From Patescibacteria group bacterium (GTDB lineage Bacteria > Patescibacteriota > Patescibacteriia > UBA10025 > JBIOWE01): a stretch of DNA of 64,000 nt. The stretch spans positions 218,835-282,834 of the forward strand of contig JBIOWE010000006.1 in assembly GCA_044868145.1 (NCBI GenBank). Reading direction: 5' to 3'. Made by a program: the position numbers and the translations under genes. The notes beneath the pieces are model-generated. The model was not told the origin of the DNA and did not search any database. It worked only from the letters and a program-made list of their open reading frames with translations. Shown piece by piece: positions 1-7,919 of this stretch (positions are counted from its first letter, which is position 1; every line of letters starts with the position of its first letter).

Positions 1-23
1 TGTCGATCAATGCTAGCAGAACA

Positions 24-1394
24 ATGACTGTAACGTCTGCGGGCTCGCTGTCGTTGAGCGGCACGATCTCTGGTTCCGGCAAGTTAACGTATAAGCCGAG
101 CGCGTCGTTCCCAACCGGCGGCACGATTTCTTCCATTCTCCGCTTTGATTCGACTGACAATGACCAGACGATGGGCGCGCGGACCTACGGCGGCGCGGTG
201 GAGGTTTTCAACACTAGTGGTTCGAGTCGAACCGTGACCGCTGCTGCTGGGACGCTCGCATTCTCCTCGACCCTCGACATCTCCAAAACCGGCGGTGGCG
301 GTGAGACCCTCGAGCTGAACACGAACGACCCCACGACAACGATTAGCGGCGCAGTCACGATTGGTTCCGGCACAACGTTTTCCGCGAACAGCGCGAACGC
401 CTTGAACATCAACGGCAACTATACGAATAGTGGTACGTTCACGGATAATTCAGGCACAGTTACTGTTGCCGGCTCGGCCCAACAAACCTTCAACGCGACG
501 ATGACCGGCAGTTCAGACTTCAATAACCTGACCATCACCAATAACTCGGGTTCGGATCCGGTTACCAGCCCGTCGGTCATTTTCTCCGCTAGCGCCACGA
601 CCGCGGGGACGTTTACCGCCACAACGGCGAATGTCAAACTCCGCTTCTTTGCTGGCGGGACGTACACGTTCCAGAACATCAGTTTTAACGGTCAAGCTAC
701 GACGTCTCGCGTCGCCTTGCGAAGCTCATCGGCTGGGACGGACTGGAACTTGAACGTGGCGGGCACGCGTTCCGTGCTGAATACCGACGCGAAGGATTCG
801 GATGCGTGCGGCCAAGCCCCGAACATTGATGCAACGGATATTTCCACGCTCGATTCAACGGGCAACACCTGTTGGGATTTCAGCGCGACCCAGTTTAGCA
901 TCTCGGACACGACGATTGGGTTTGGCGCGATTACCGCGAGCACAGGTCGCTGGGCGACTGGTGATACGAACGGTACGGACGCCTCCGCCACGACCCCGAC
1001 CGCGGCACACACGATCAGCATACGGACGAGCGCAGGGAACGGCTACGCCCTGACGTATTTTGGCGCGACGCTTACAAGTAGCGGGAACACGATCTGCCAA
1101 ACCCCCCTCACAGACTGCGTGGACGCGACTGACGACTCGGATGGCGCACCTGGGACCGAGCAATTCGGGATTTCCGTGAGCACCGACGGGAATGCAACTA
1201 TTGCTGCCGGGTACCTCCGCGACAGCGCCGCCTCATTCAATTTCATTCCTTCAACGACCACGACGATCGTTTCGGAAACTGGCGCGACCGCCACAGAAAC
1301 GATCACCGCGAGCTACCTCGCGAACATCGCCGCCCTGACGGAACCGGGTGCCTACTTGACTAACATTACGTATATCTTGACGGCGACGTTTTGA
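24..1394 (+). CDS. Secreted Thr/Ser/Gly-rich surface protein, paralog A; probably 5'-truncated by the window edge
   Basis: No in-frame stop upstream of the ATG at 24 and no signal peptide on the first Met, so the gene likely starts before the window. The C-terminal ~170 aa are near-identical to the C-terminus of the 2304..3383 product (shared SDTTIGFG, TICQTPLTDC, GTEQFGISVST and TTTTIVSETG blocks). High-GC, Thr/Ala/Gly codon-rich. Confidence 0.6.
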   Translation: MTVTSAGSLSLSGTISGSGKLTYKPSASFPTGGTISSILRFDSTDNDQTMGARTYGGAVEVFNTSGSSRTVTAAAGTLAFSSTLDISKTGGGGETLELNTNDPTTTISGAVTIGSGTTFSANSANALNINGNYTNSGTFTDNSGTVTVAGSAQQTFNATMTGSSDFNNLTITNNSGSDPVTSPSVIFSASATTAGTFTATTANVKLRFFAGGTYTFQNISFNGQATTSRVALRSSSAGTDWNLNVAGTRSVLNTDAKDSDACGQAPNIDATDISTLDSTGNTCWDFSATQFSISDTTIGFGAITASTGRWATGDTNGTDASATTPTAAHTISIRTSAGNGYALTYFGATLTSSGNTICQTPLTDCVDATDDSDGAPGTEQFGISVSTDGNATIAAGYLRDSAASFNFIPSTTTTIVSETGATATETITASYLANIAALTEPGAYLTNITYILTATF

Positions 1395-1409
1395 TCCATT
1401 TTTTGCATA

Positions 1410-1517
1410 GGTGGCAAATCTTTTTGCCACCGGAACGGCTCACAAACAAGATTTTTGAGCTATGCGTTGAGAATAAATATTTAACGTTTTCGCGTAGATG
1501 CCAAATCTTGTTTGGCA
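1410..1517. repeat. Left REP-like palindromes: hairpin GGTGGCAAA/TTTGCCACC (1410-1431), AACAAGATTT motif (1445-1454), hairpin GATGCCAAA/TTTGGCATC (1495-1517)
   Basis: Perfect 9-bp stems read directly. The loops carry AAATCTT(G)TT, the reverse complement of the AACAAGATTT motif. Confidence 0.7.
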
Positions 1518-1529
1518 TCGAAAGGTTAA

Positions 1530-2018
1530 ATGATTATGGCTCGAACACGTTTGTCATTAGATGGTCAATTCCGTTACTTTGTCACCGTCTCAACGTCAGA
1601 TCGCAAAAAGATTTTTCAAAATAATACGATTAAGGATTTATGGATACAGAGTCTTGGTTATTGCCATAAAAAATTACATTTCTTTCTTTACGGATACGTA
1701 CTACTACTCGATCATTTTCATTTAATGTTAATGACAAAGGGTCATCGAAAAATTGAGGATGTGATGCGTCACGTGAACGGAGTTTTTGCGCAGCGTTACA
1801 ATAAGCTAGCTAACGAATATGGACAGGTGATCCAACGACGATTCTGGGACCACGCCATTCGGAATGAAAAAGATTTTATCGAGAAGCTCGATTATATGCA
1901 CAAAAATCCTTTAAATCACGGTTTGGTAGATGATGTTGAGGATTGGCCGTATTCGAGTTGGCATAATTATAATTGTAAGCATAAACCATTAATCGAAATA
2001 GATGCTATTGATCTCTAG
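1530..2018 (+). CDS. HuH-family Y1 transposase (IS200/IS605 TnpA or RAYT-like), 162 aa
   Basis: HFHLML matches the His-hydrophobic-His motif. The C-terminal region contains the putative catalytic Tyr near WPYSSWHNY. Size is typical of Y1 transposases. Flanking hairpins are present. Confidence 0.7.
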   Translation: MIMARTRLSLDGQFRYFVTVSTSDRKKIFQNNTIKDLWIQSLGYCHKKLHFFLYGYVLLLDHFHLMLMTKGHRKIEDVMRHVNGVFAQRYNKLANEYGQVIQRRFWDHAIRNEKDFIEKLDYMHKNPLNHGLVDDVEDWPYSSWHNYNCKHKPLIEIDAIDL

Positions 2019-2036
2019 GTCTTAATAGATGCTTGC

Positions 2037-2133
2037 GCTGATAAACAAGATTTATCAGCTACGCGACAGGAGGCATATTCTGTTTCATTTAAAACTCCTG
2101 CCCAAAAACAAGATTTGCCTGCCTGTCGACAGG
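2037..2133. repeat. Right REP-like palindromes: hairpin GCTGATAAA/TTTATCAGC (2037-2059) with an AACAAGATTT loop, a second AACAAGATTTG copy (2105-2117), and the 12-nt perfect palindrome CCTGTCGACAGG (2122-2133)
   Basis: Read directly. This is the fourth copy of the AACAAGATTT core within 700 bp. Confidence 0.7.
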
Positions 2134-2177
2134 TAGGTGAGCTACGCGGAGGCGGAGTTGAAAATTGATACAAATCG

Positions 2178-2206
2178 TTGACTGATTGGCAAAATCGTGC
2201 TATACT
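2178..2206 (+). promoter_or_regulatory. Sigma70-like promoter: TTGACT, 17-nt spacer, TATACT
   Basis: -35 at 2178-2183 and -10 at 2201-2206 with a 17-nt spacer, upstream of the 2304 gene. Confidence 0.5.
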
Positions 2207-2303
2207 ATATGCGTAACCTAACTAAAAAGGTCGGGCTGTGTATATCTGAAAAAATGCACAGCAAAACAAAAACAAACAATCATTAAAAGCTCAATAATTA
2301 TCC

Positions 2304-3383
2304 ATGAAAATTCATAAGATATTCTTCATAGTAATGGTTCTCATTACGGTTTTTGGGATTAGCTTCCCGATCCAGAACGCAAAGGCAGCTGCTTTAACAA
2401 GCGTGAAAGATGTGATGAATACGATTGCCGCGACCGCGAACGCGAACCATACGATATCGTTCGTTGCTCCGTCTGCGGTCTCGAACGGTTCTACCATCAC
2501 CTTGACCTTTCCCGCAGGTTTTAGCTTAACCGGTCTTGTCGAGGACGACATTGACATTGCGGGTACGACAGAAGGAGAACTAACCACAGCCGCTGATTGC
2601 ACGGGCAGCGAAAAAGCGAGCTTTAGCTTCTCTGGCCAAGTCATTACGTTCACGCTTTGTGCTGGTGACGGCGGTGACTTCACGGGATCGGAAACAATCA
2701 CCATCGAGATTGGCAATCACGCAAGTGCATCCGGAACAGGTTCCAACCAAATTGATAACCCTTCAGCCGGCGACTATCGTATCACCATCGGTGGTACCAT
2801 GACGGACTCCGGCGCGTTTGGTGTCTCAATCATTTCGGATGACAGCGTCAACGTGACCGCGCAGGTGAACGAGTCCATCACCTTCACGATTTCCGACACG
2901 ACAATCGGGTTTGGTACAATTACATCGAGTACAGGTCGCTGGGCGACTAGTGACACGACCGGTACTGATGCCTCGGCAACGACGCCGACATCCGCCCATA
3001 GCATGACCATCGCGACGAACGCCACAGGCGGTTACACGATCACGTACAACGGCGCGACGCTCACAAGCGGCGCGAACACCATTTGTCAAACACCGCTCAC
3101 AGACTGCGCGGACGTGACCGATGACTCGGATGGCAACCCCGGCACGGAGCAGTTTGGAATTTCCGTGAGCACGAGTGGGGACGCCACTATTCCTGCCGCG
3201 TATCTGCGAGATAGTGCCGCTTCCTTTGAATTCAAGCCTTCAACAACCACGACGATCGTCTCGGAGACTGGTCCCACAGCAACGGAGACAATCAGCACGT
3301 CCTATCTTGGCAATATCACCGGAACAACCGAAGCCGGCGCCTACTCGACGAACATCACGTACATCGCGACCGGCACGTTTTAA
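2304..3383 (+). CDS. Secreted Thr/Ser-rich surface protein, paralog B (359 aa), with N-terminal signal peptide
   Basis: Signal peptide MKIHKIFFIVMVLITVFGISFPIQNAKA. C-terminal module ~80% identical to that of the 24..1394 product. Confidence 0.7.
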   Translation: MKIHKIFFIVMVLITVFGISFPIQNAKAAALTSVKDVMNTIAATANANHTISFVAPSAVSNGSTITLTFPAGFSLTGLVEDDIDIAGTTEGELTTAADCTGSEKASFSFSGQVITFTLCAGDGGDFTGSETITIEIGNHASASGTGSNQIDNPSAGDYRITIGGTMTDSGAFGVSIISDDSVNVTAQVNESITFTISDTTIGFGTITSSTGRWATSDTTGTDASATTPTSAHSMTIATNATGGYTITYNGATLTSGANTICQTPLTDCADVTDDSDGNPGTEQFGISVSTSGDATIPAAYLRDSAASFEFKPSTTTTIVSETGPTATETISTSYLGNITGTTEAGAYSTNITYIATGTF

Positions 3384-3490
3384 GCCAGTCCGTAAGCCGA
3401 CAGCCAAACATCCTGACAGCCATCAGCCATTCAGCCTTTAAAGCTGAAAAGCGTTGCAGAATCTTCGTTTATGGATTTTAAAACAAAAAA

Positions 3491-4486
3491 ATGCCGACAA
3501 TAATGAGGAAATTAGGTGTTCTTACTGTCCTCACGATCGGCATTTTTTTTGTTGTCCAAAACGCCCAAGCTATCACCATTATCCCCCCCTCGTTCGAGTT
3601 TCAGGTAAAACCTGGCGAAACGATCAAGACAAAAATAAAGTTATTCAACGAGGAACAGCAGGCAAAACAACTTTATTCAGACGTTACGAATTTTACGGCC
3701 CAAGGGGAAACGGGAAATCCGCAGTTCGACCTGAAAGCTCAAAGAGTGGACTTAAGCGCTTGGATAGATGTTGGGCCCGGCCCATATCCGATGCAAGCCG
3801 GAGACAGGATTGAGGTGCCGATTACGATTAATGTGCCTAAAGATGCGGAACCGGGTGGGCATTATGCGGCTGTGTTCTTTACGACAAAACCACCAGACAC
3901 GGAAGAAAGCGGTTCTATTGGCATTGCATCAGCGATTGGGTCACTTTTCCTCGTGCGCGTTGAAGGCGAAATACGCGAACAAGGTTCTTTAATTGAATTT
4001 TCCGTGGCAGAAGGCAAAACGTTGTTTTCCCGTGCCCCGATCGACTTTTTTGTTCGCTTCAGTAACACCGGCAATGTCCATTTACGGCCGACCGGCACAC
4101 TTACAATTAAAAACATGTTTGGGGGAACAAGCGATACCATTGATGTGAACCCGGGCAAAGGGGCCACTTTACCAGGTCAAATTCGTAAATATGAAGTCAA
4201 ATGGGAGCGCGGGCAGGTTCAAGCCGGAACAGGTAGCGCATGGTCTGATTTTTGGAAAGAATTCAGCAATGAATGGAATAACTTTGCCATTGGCAAATAC
4301 ACAGCTTCCTTGGCTCTAACGTATGGAATCACTCCTGCGGGTAACGCTTCGGGAGAATTGGACTTCTGGGTCTTACCGTGGCATGTATTGTTGGTCTCTC
4401 TCTTCACCCTAGCGATTGTCGTGGTTTTGTTGATCTTCTTCATCAAGCGATATAACGCTTGGATAATTCGTAAAGCAAAGCAGTAA
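3491..4486 (+). CDS. Cell-surface protein with signal peptide and C-terminal TM anchor; DUF916/DUF3324 (CscA-like) architecture
   Basis: N-terminal signal peptide, a beta-rich ectodomain, and a single C-terminal TM helix (VLLVSLFTLAIVVVLLIFFI) followed by a basic tail. The architecture matches the membrane-anchored partner found in Gram-positive WxL/Csc surface clusters. Assigned by architecture only. Confidence 0.45.
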   Translation: MPTIMRKLGVLTVLTIGIFFVVQNAQAITIIPPSFEFQVKPGETIKTKIKLFNEEQQAKQLYSDVTNFTAQGETGNPQFDLKAQRVDLSAWIDVGPGPYPMQAGDRIEVPITINVPKDAEPGGHYAAVFFTTKPPDTEESGSIGIASAIGSLFLVRVEGEIREQGSLIEFSVAEGKTLFSRAPIDFFVRFSNTGNVHLRPTGTLTIKNMFGGTSDTIDVNPGKGATLPGQIRKYEVKWERGQVQAGTGSAWSDFWKEFSNEWNNFAIGKYTASLALTYGITPAGNASGELDFWVLPWHVLLVSLFTLAIVVVLLIFFIKRYNAWIIRKAKQ

Positions 4487-4500
4487 TTGATTGAGACATT

Positions 4501-5355
4501 GTGCGACTGATATCTCTTCGAGTTTACTTGATTTTAGTTCCCATGGTCATCGCAGGTATGGTCATGGGAAGTTCTTTAATTAGTGCGATTGACGTTTCTA
4601 TTTCCGCGGTTGTGTCTGGGACACCGCCTGAAGAGCCGGATACCGTTGTCGTTTTTAAAGGATATGCTTCGCCTGGTGCTTTAGTAACCATTCGGGAAGA
4701 CGGCACCGTGCTCGCGACAGTCACGGCGGGGCCGGATGCGCGGTTTGAAGTTTCAAAAATCATTAATCCGGGAATTTACACGTTCACCCTGTTTGCCACC
4801 GACATCCGAGGAGTCGTTAGTTCGACATTCAGCATAACGTTGAGCTTAAGCCAAGGAACGACAACCACCATTAGTGGCATCTTTCTTGGTTCTACAATTT
4901 CAACGGACAGATCTTCTTACAGCGTCGGAGATATCGTGTCCATTCTTGGCTCGACAGTTCCCCTCTCCACTGTGAGCGTTATTGTGCATTCACACCTTAC
5001 ACAGCAATTTAATGTGAATGCCGGTTCCGATGGTGTCTGGTTGAAACAGGTCTCTGCGGATGGACAATCCATCGAAGTCGGAAGCCATTCAACGTACTCG
5101 CAAGCCGTCGCGCCAGATAACTCCATTTCCGAATTAAGTAAGACCGTAAGCTTTGCCGTCGGCGCGGGAGGGTCGTGCGCAGGATACCTTGCCGCGGATA
5201 TTAATTGCGATGGGTTTGTTAACCTTATTGATTTCAGCATTATGCTGTTCTACTGGAATTCAAGGAACCCAGCGAATCCGCGTGCGGACATTAACGGCGA
5301 TGGACTCGTGTATATAGTTGACTTCAGTATTATGCTTTTCCATTGGACGGGGTAG
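4501..5355 (+). CDS. Secreted/anchored protein with Ig-like region and C-terminal dockerin domain (GTG start)
   Basis: Two tandem Ca-binding dockerin repeats at the C-terminus: DINCDGFVNLIDFSIMLFYW and DINGDGLVYIVDFSIMLFHW. N-terminal hydrophobic signal/anchor. Confidence 0.7.
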   Translation: MRLISLRVYLILVPMVIAGMVMGSSLISAIDVSISAVVSGTPPEEPDTVVVFKGYASPGALVTIREDGTVLATVTAGPDARFEVSKIINPGIYTFTLFATDIRGVVSSTFSITLSLSQGTTTTISGIFLGSTISTDRSSYSVGDIVSILGSTVPLSTVSVIVHSHLTQQFNVNAGSDGVWLKQVSADGQSIEVGSHSTYSQAVAPDNSISELSKTVSFAVGAGGSCAGYLAADINCDGFVNLIDFSIMLFYWNSRNPANPRADINGDGLVYIVDFSIMLFHWTG

Positions 5356-5388
5356 TGTAGCGACGGATGTCCTTGACACAGGGAGATG

Positions 5389-5450
5389 CTGAAACAAGTT
5401 CAGCATGACATGACTCTAGCCATCAAGTAGTCATTCTGAACTTGTTTCAG
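5389..5450. repeat. Long inverted repeat / stem-loop: CTGAAACAAGTTCAG (5389-5403) and its exact reverse complement CTGAACTTGTTTCAG (5436-5450)
   Basis: 15-nt arms in perfect reverse-complement orientation with further inner pairing (ATGACT/AGTCAT). The core GAAACAAGTT resembles the AACAAGATTT REP core near the Y1 transposase. Confidence 0.6.
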
Positions 5451-5487
5451 AATCCCCTTCAGATACTACGTAATCAAACCATAATCC

Positions 5488-6633
5488 ATGCTTCATCGCA
5501 CCACAACAATAAAAATACTGCTATACTTTTTCTTTACGATCGTTGGTGGAATAGTATCAGCCGCATCTCCCGCAGACGCTGCTATTTTGTACGTTAATCC
5601 TGCGGAACAGACTGTTGCATTGCGCGAAAGTTTTGTTGTTGATATTTTGCTGAACAGTGAAGGAGAAACTATTAATACGGTTCAGACGAGTATCAATTAC
5701 TCGCCTGATCTTCTTGAGATTCTTGACGTGTCGAAGGGAGGATCGTTCTTAACGCTTTGGCCGGAGGAGCCGCTTGTTAGTGCACCAACAGGAGTTGTCT
5801 CGTTGGTCGGAGGCATCCCGAACGGTAGCCTTGTGGTAGACGGACGCGTTGTACGTCTTTTTTTTCGGGCAAAGGCGCTCGGAACCTCTTCCATTCGTTT
5901 TGATGAAGACAACTCAGCTATTTACTTGAACGACGGAAAAGGCACGAAGACTGCTCTTTCCAGTCGTCAAGCATCGTATAAAGTAACAAACCCTTCCCCT
6001 TTTCTCGTGGAGATTACTTCTTCGACGCACCCGGACGAAAATATCTGGTATAATAAAGTGTCAGCCACGCTCACATGGCAGGTAAAAGAAGGCGCGCTGT
6101 ATAGTTATGCACTTGCCGAGAGCCCGCTTGATACTCCAGATGAAAAAATTGAGGACCAGGTGGGGAAAGTGACGTTTGATGATCTTGAAGATGGTATCCA
6201 TTATTTTATTTTGCGAGAAAAATTAGACGGCGATGAGTGGGGGCCTGTTTCCATGCGACGTATCATGGTTGACCGATCACCCCCGATCCAGTTTGAATAT
6301 GCATTTTCGAAAGATGATGCAGGAAAGTCCATTTTGATATTTTCCGCGAACGATAAATTCTCCGGCATTGACCGATACCAAATTACCGAAGGACGGAAAG
6401 GGTTAGCTACTGCTCAAAGCCCCTATACTCTCCTGGATCAATCGCGCAAGTCGGCCATTACGCTTCAAGCAGTTGATAGCGCTGGTAACATAAGCGAAAT
6501 TTCCATACCCGGCCTTGGCCGTTCGGAAACGAAGAAAGGTGTGGATCCCCTCGTATGGGTTGCGGTCTCGCTGGTCGCAATTGTCTCGTTCGTATCTTTA
6601 TTTCTTGTATCAAAAAGACGAAAGATCACTTAA
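5488..6633 (+). CDS. Membrane-anchored cohesin-like domain protein 1 (signal peptide, cohesin-like module, Ig-like domains, C-terminal TM)
   Basis: Residues ~30-150 fit the cohesin pattern (ILYVNPAEQTVALRESFVVDILLNSEGETINTVQTSINYSPDLLEILDVSKGGSF, cf. CipA cohesins). C-terminal TM WVAVSLVAIVSFVSLFLV followed by KRRK. Confidence 0.55.
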   Translation: MLHRTTTIKILLYFFFTIVGGIVSAASPADAAILYVNPAEQTVALRESFVVDILLNSEGETINTVQTSINYSPDLLEILDVSKGGSFLTLWPEEPLVSAPTGVVSLVGGIPNGSLVVDGRVVRLFFRAKALGTSSIRFDEDNSAIYLNDGKGTKTALSSRQASYKVTNPSPFLVEITSSTHPDENIWYNKVSATLTWQVKEGALYSYALAESPLDTPDEKIEDQVGKVTFDDLEDGIHYFILREKLDGDEWGPVSMRRIMVDRSPPIQFEYAFSKDDAGKSILIFSANDKFSGIDRYQITEGRKGLATAQSPYTLLDQSRKSAITLQAVDSAGNISEISIPGLGRSETKKGVDPLVWVAVSLVAIVSFVSLFLVSKRRKIT

Positions 6634-6634
6634 T

Positions 6635-7882
6635 ATGTGGATGACAAGAACGAAAATATTCTACTCTCTTGCCTTTGCTTTTCTACTGGTCGTCGTTGGG
6701 ATACCGCACGTTGTGCACGCGGCCGGTTCTTTTTTCCTTAGTCCGAACGTCGGATCGTATACGGTCGGTTCTACGATTACCGTTCGTCTTGTTGTCGGCA
6801 CAGGAGGTCAAGCGATCAATTCTGGACAGGCTACAATCACTTTTCCGACAAGCACCCTCGAGGCGCAAAGCGTTTCAAAATCAGGGTCTATTTTTACGCT
6901 CTGGCCAGAAGACCCACGTATTGTTGGCGACACAGTAACATTCGCTGGCGGATTACCAACCCCTGGCTACAACGGAAGCGGCGGCTTGATTATTACCGCG
7001 ACGTTTCGCGCGACGGCGACTGGTACTGCTACTGTACGTGTTACTTCAGGCCGATTGTTGTTGAACGATGGTTCAGGCACAAATATTCTCACTGGATTTG
7101 GTTCGGCAACCTATACCATTACGCCGGCCCCGCCAGCAAAAAACACGCCAGCAGCTCCAACCGTTTCTTCGAGTTCGCATTCAGATCAAAACCTCTGGTA
7201 TGCAAACTCAAACCCGACATTCGATTGGACGCACGGCGACGGTGTAACGGGATTCAGCTATTCCTTTGACGACCAGGAAGGCGCAATTCCCGATGAGGTA
7301 CAAGACAGCACCTTGCCGCAAGCATCCTATGCTGGGACAAAAGATGGATTCTGGTATTTCCATGTTCGAGCAAGAAATGACGACGGATGGGGAGCCACTG
7401 GCCACTTTACCGTTCGCATTGATACAACGGCGCCGCTTCCGTTCGAGATATTTGCTCTTCTGGATGAGGAACAATCTCAAGATGCCACTCGTCAGATAGC
7501 GTTTAAAACAACAGATGCCGTGTCTGGGCTGGACCATTATGATGTGTATGTGGACGGTTTACACATTGAGCAATTACAGCCGGCTGAAACAGTGCTCTAT
7601 ACGTTGCCGGACTTGCCGCAGGGAACACATACCATTCTCGTGCGAGCAGTTGACCGCGCCGGCAACAGAACCGACGCCTCAGTAAACGTTGGTGCTGCAC
7701 GTTCTTGCCCAAGGACAGGTTTCCAGATAGGTTCATTGTCCACGTGGTGTACCTGGATAGTGGTTTTTCAATGGCTTATAATTCTGCTGCTTATTTTGTT
7801 TATCCTCGCATTACTCAATCGGCGAAACAAGCAGGCTCCAACCACTCAAAATCGCAAGCATCAGCATCAGTCATCCAAATAA
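6635..7882 (+). CDS. Membrane-anchored cohesin-like domain protein 2 (paralog of 5488..6633)
   Basis: Starts at ATG 6635 (MWMTRTKIF...), immediately after the upstream stop. Same domain order as protein 1: a cohesin-like module (GSFFLSPNVGSYTVGSTITVRLVVGTGGQAINSGQATITF), shared downstream domains, and a C-terminal TM. Confidence 0.55.
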   Translation: MWMTRTKIFYSLAFAFLLVVVGIPHVVHAAGSFFLSPNVGSYTVGSTITVRLVVGTGGQAINSGQATITFPTSTLEAQSVSKSGSIFTLWPEDPRIVGDTVTFAGGLPTPGYNGSGGLIITATFRATATGTATVRVTSGRLLLNDGSGTNILTGFGSATYTITPAPPAKNTPAAPTVSSSSHSDQNLWYANSNPTFDWTHGDGVTGFSYSFDDQEGAIPDEVQDSTLPQASYAGTKDGFWYFHVRARNDDGWGATGHFTVRIDTTAPLPFEIFALLDEEQSQDATRQIAFKTTDAVSGLDHYDVYVDGLHIEQLQPAETVLYTLPDLPQGTHTILVRAVDRAGNRTDASVNVGAARSCPRTGFQIGSLSTWCTWIVVFQWLIILLLILFILALLNRRNKQAPTTQNRKHQHQSSK

Positions 7883-7888
7883 GACGTG

Positions 7889-7917
7889 TTTTTGAAAACG
7901 GGCTTTGATCAAACCCG
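7889..7917. terminator. Bidirectional intrinsic terminator hairpin between convergent genes
   Basis: AAAACGGGC-TTTGATCAAA-CCCGTTTT: an 8-bp G/C-containing stem with A-runs on one side and T-runs on the other. Confidence 0.6.
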
Positions 7918-7919
7918 TT

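Larger units (their letters stand above)
1400..2140 (+). mobile_element. IS200/IS605-family or REP-associated (RAYT-like) Y1 transposase unit with flanking REP-like hairpins
   Basis: A low-GC island (~35%) between two ~55% GC paralog genes. It encodes a HuH Y1 transposase bracketed by palindromic hairpins that share an AACAAGATTT core. Confidence 0.6.

Noticed and set aside
185-1306. Multiple antisense or alternate-frame ORFs inside the 24..1394 gene (185..418-, 419..679-, 513..695-, 692..1021-, 802..1053+, 855..1163-, 1043..1306-) and similarly inside 2304..3383
   Set aside because: These are expected open frames in a GC-rich, Thr/Ala/Gly codon-repetitive gene. Their products are Arg/Pro/Val-rich low-complexity sequence with no start context. 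The sense frame carries the conserved paralogous protein.
1391-1624. 77-aa ORF spanning the REP hairpins and overlapping the transposase start
   Set aside because: It runs through palindromic REP sequence and overlaps the transposase gene in another frame. No coding signal.
24-3383. Diversity-generating retroelement (template and variable repeats) explaining the near-identical C-terminal modules of the two surface-protein paralogs
   Set aside because: No reverse transcriptase is nearby. Nucleotide differences between the two copies involve all base types rather than adenine-specific substitutions. Ordinary duplication and divergence explains it.
3454-3813. 119-aa ORF overlapping the start of the 3491..4486 surface-protein gene
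   Set aside because: A different frame over the signal-peptide region, Arg-rich with no features. The 3491 frame encodes a coherent signal peptide, ectodomain and TM anchor.
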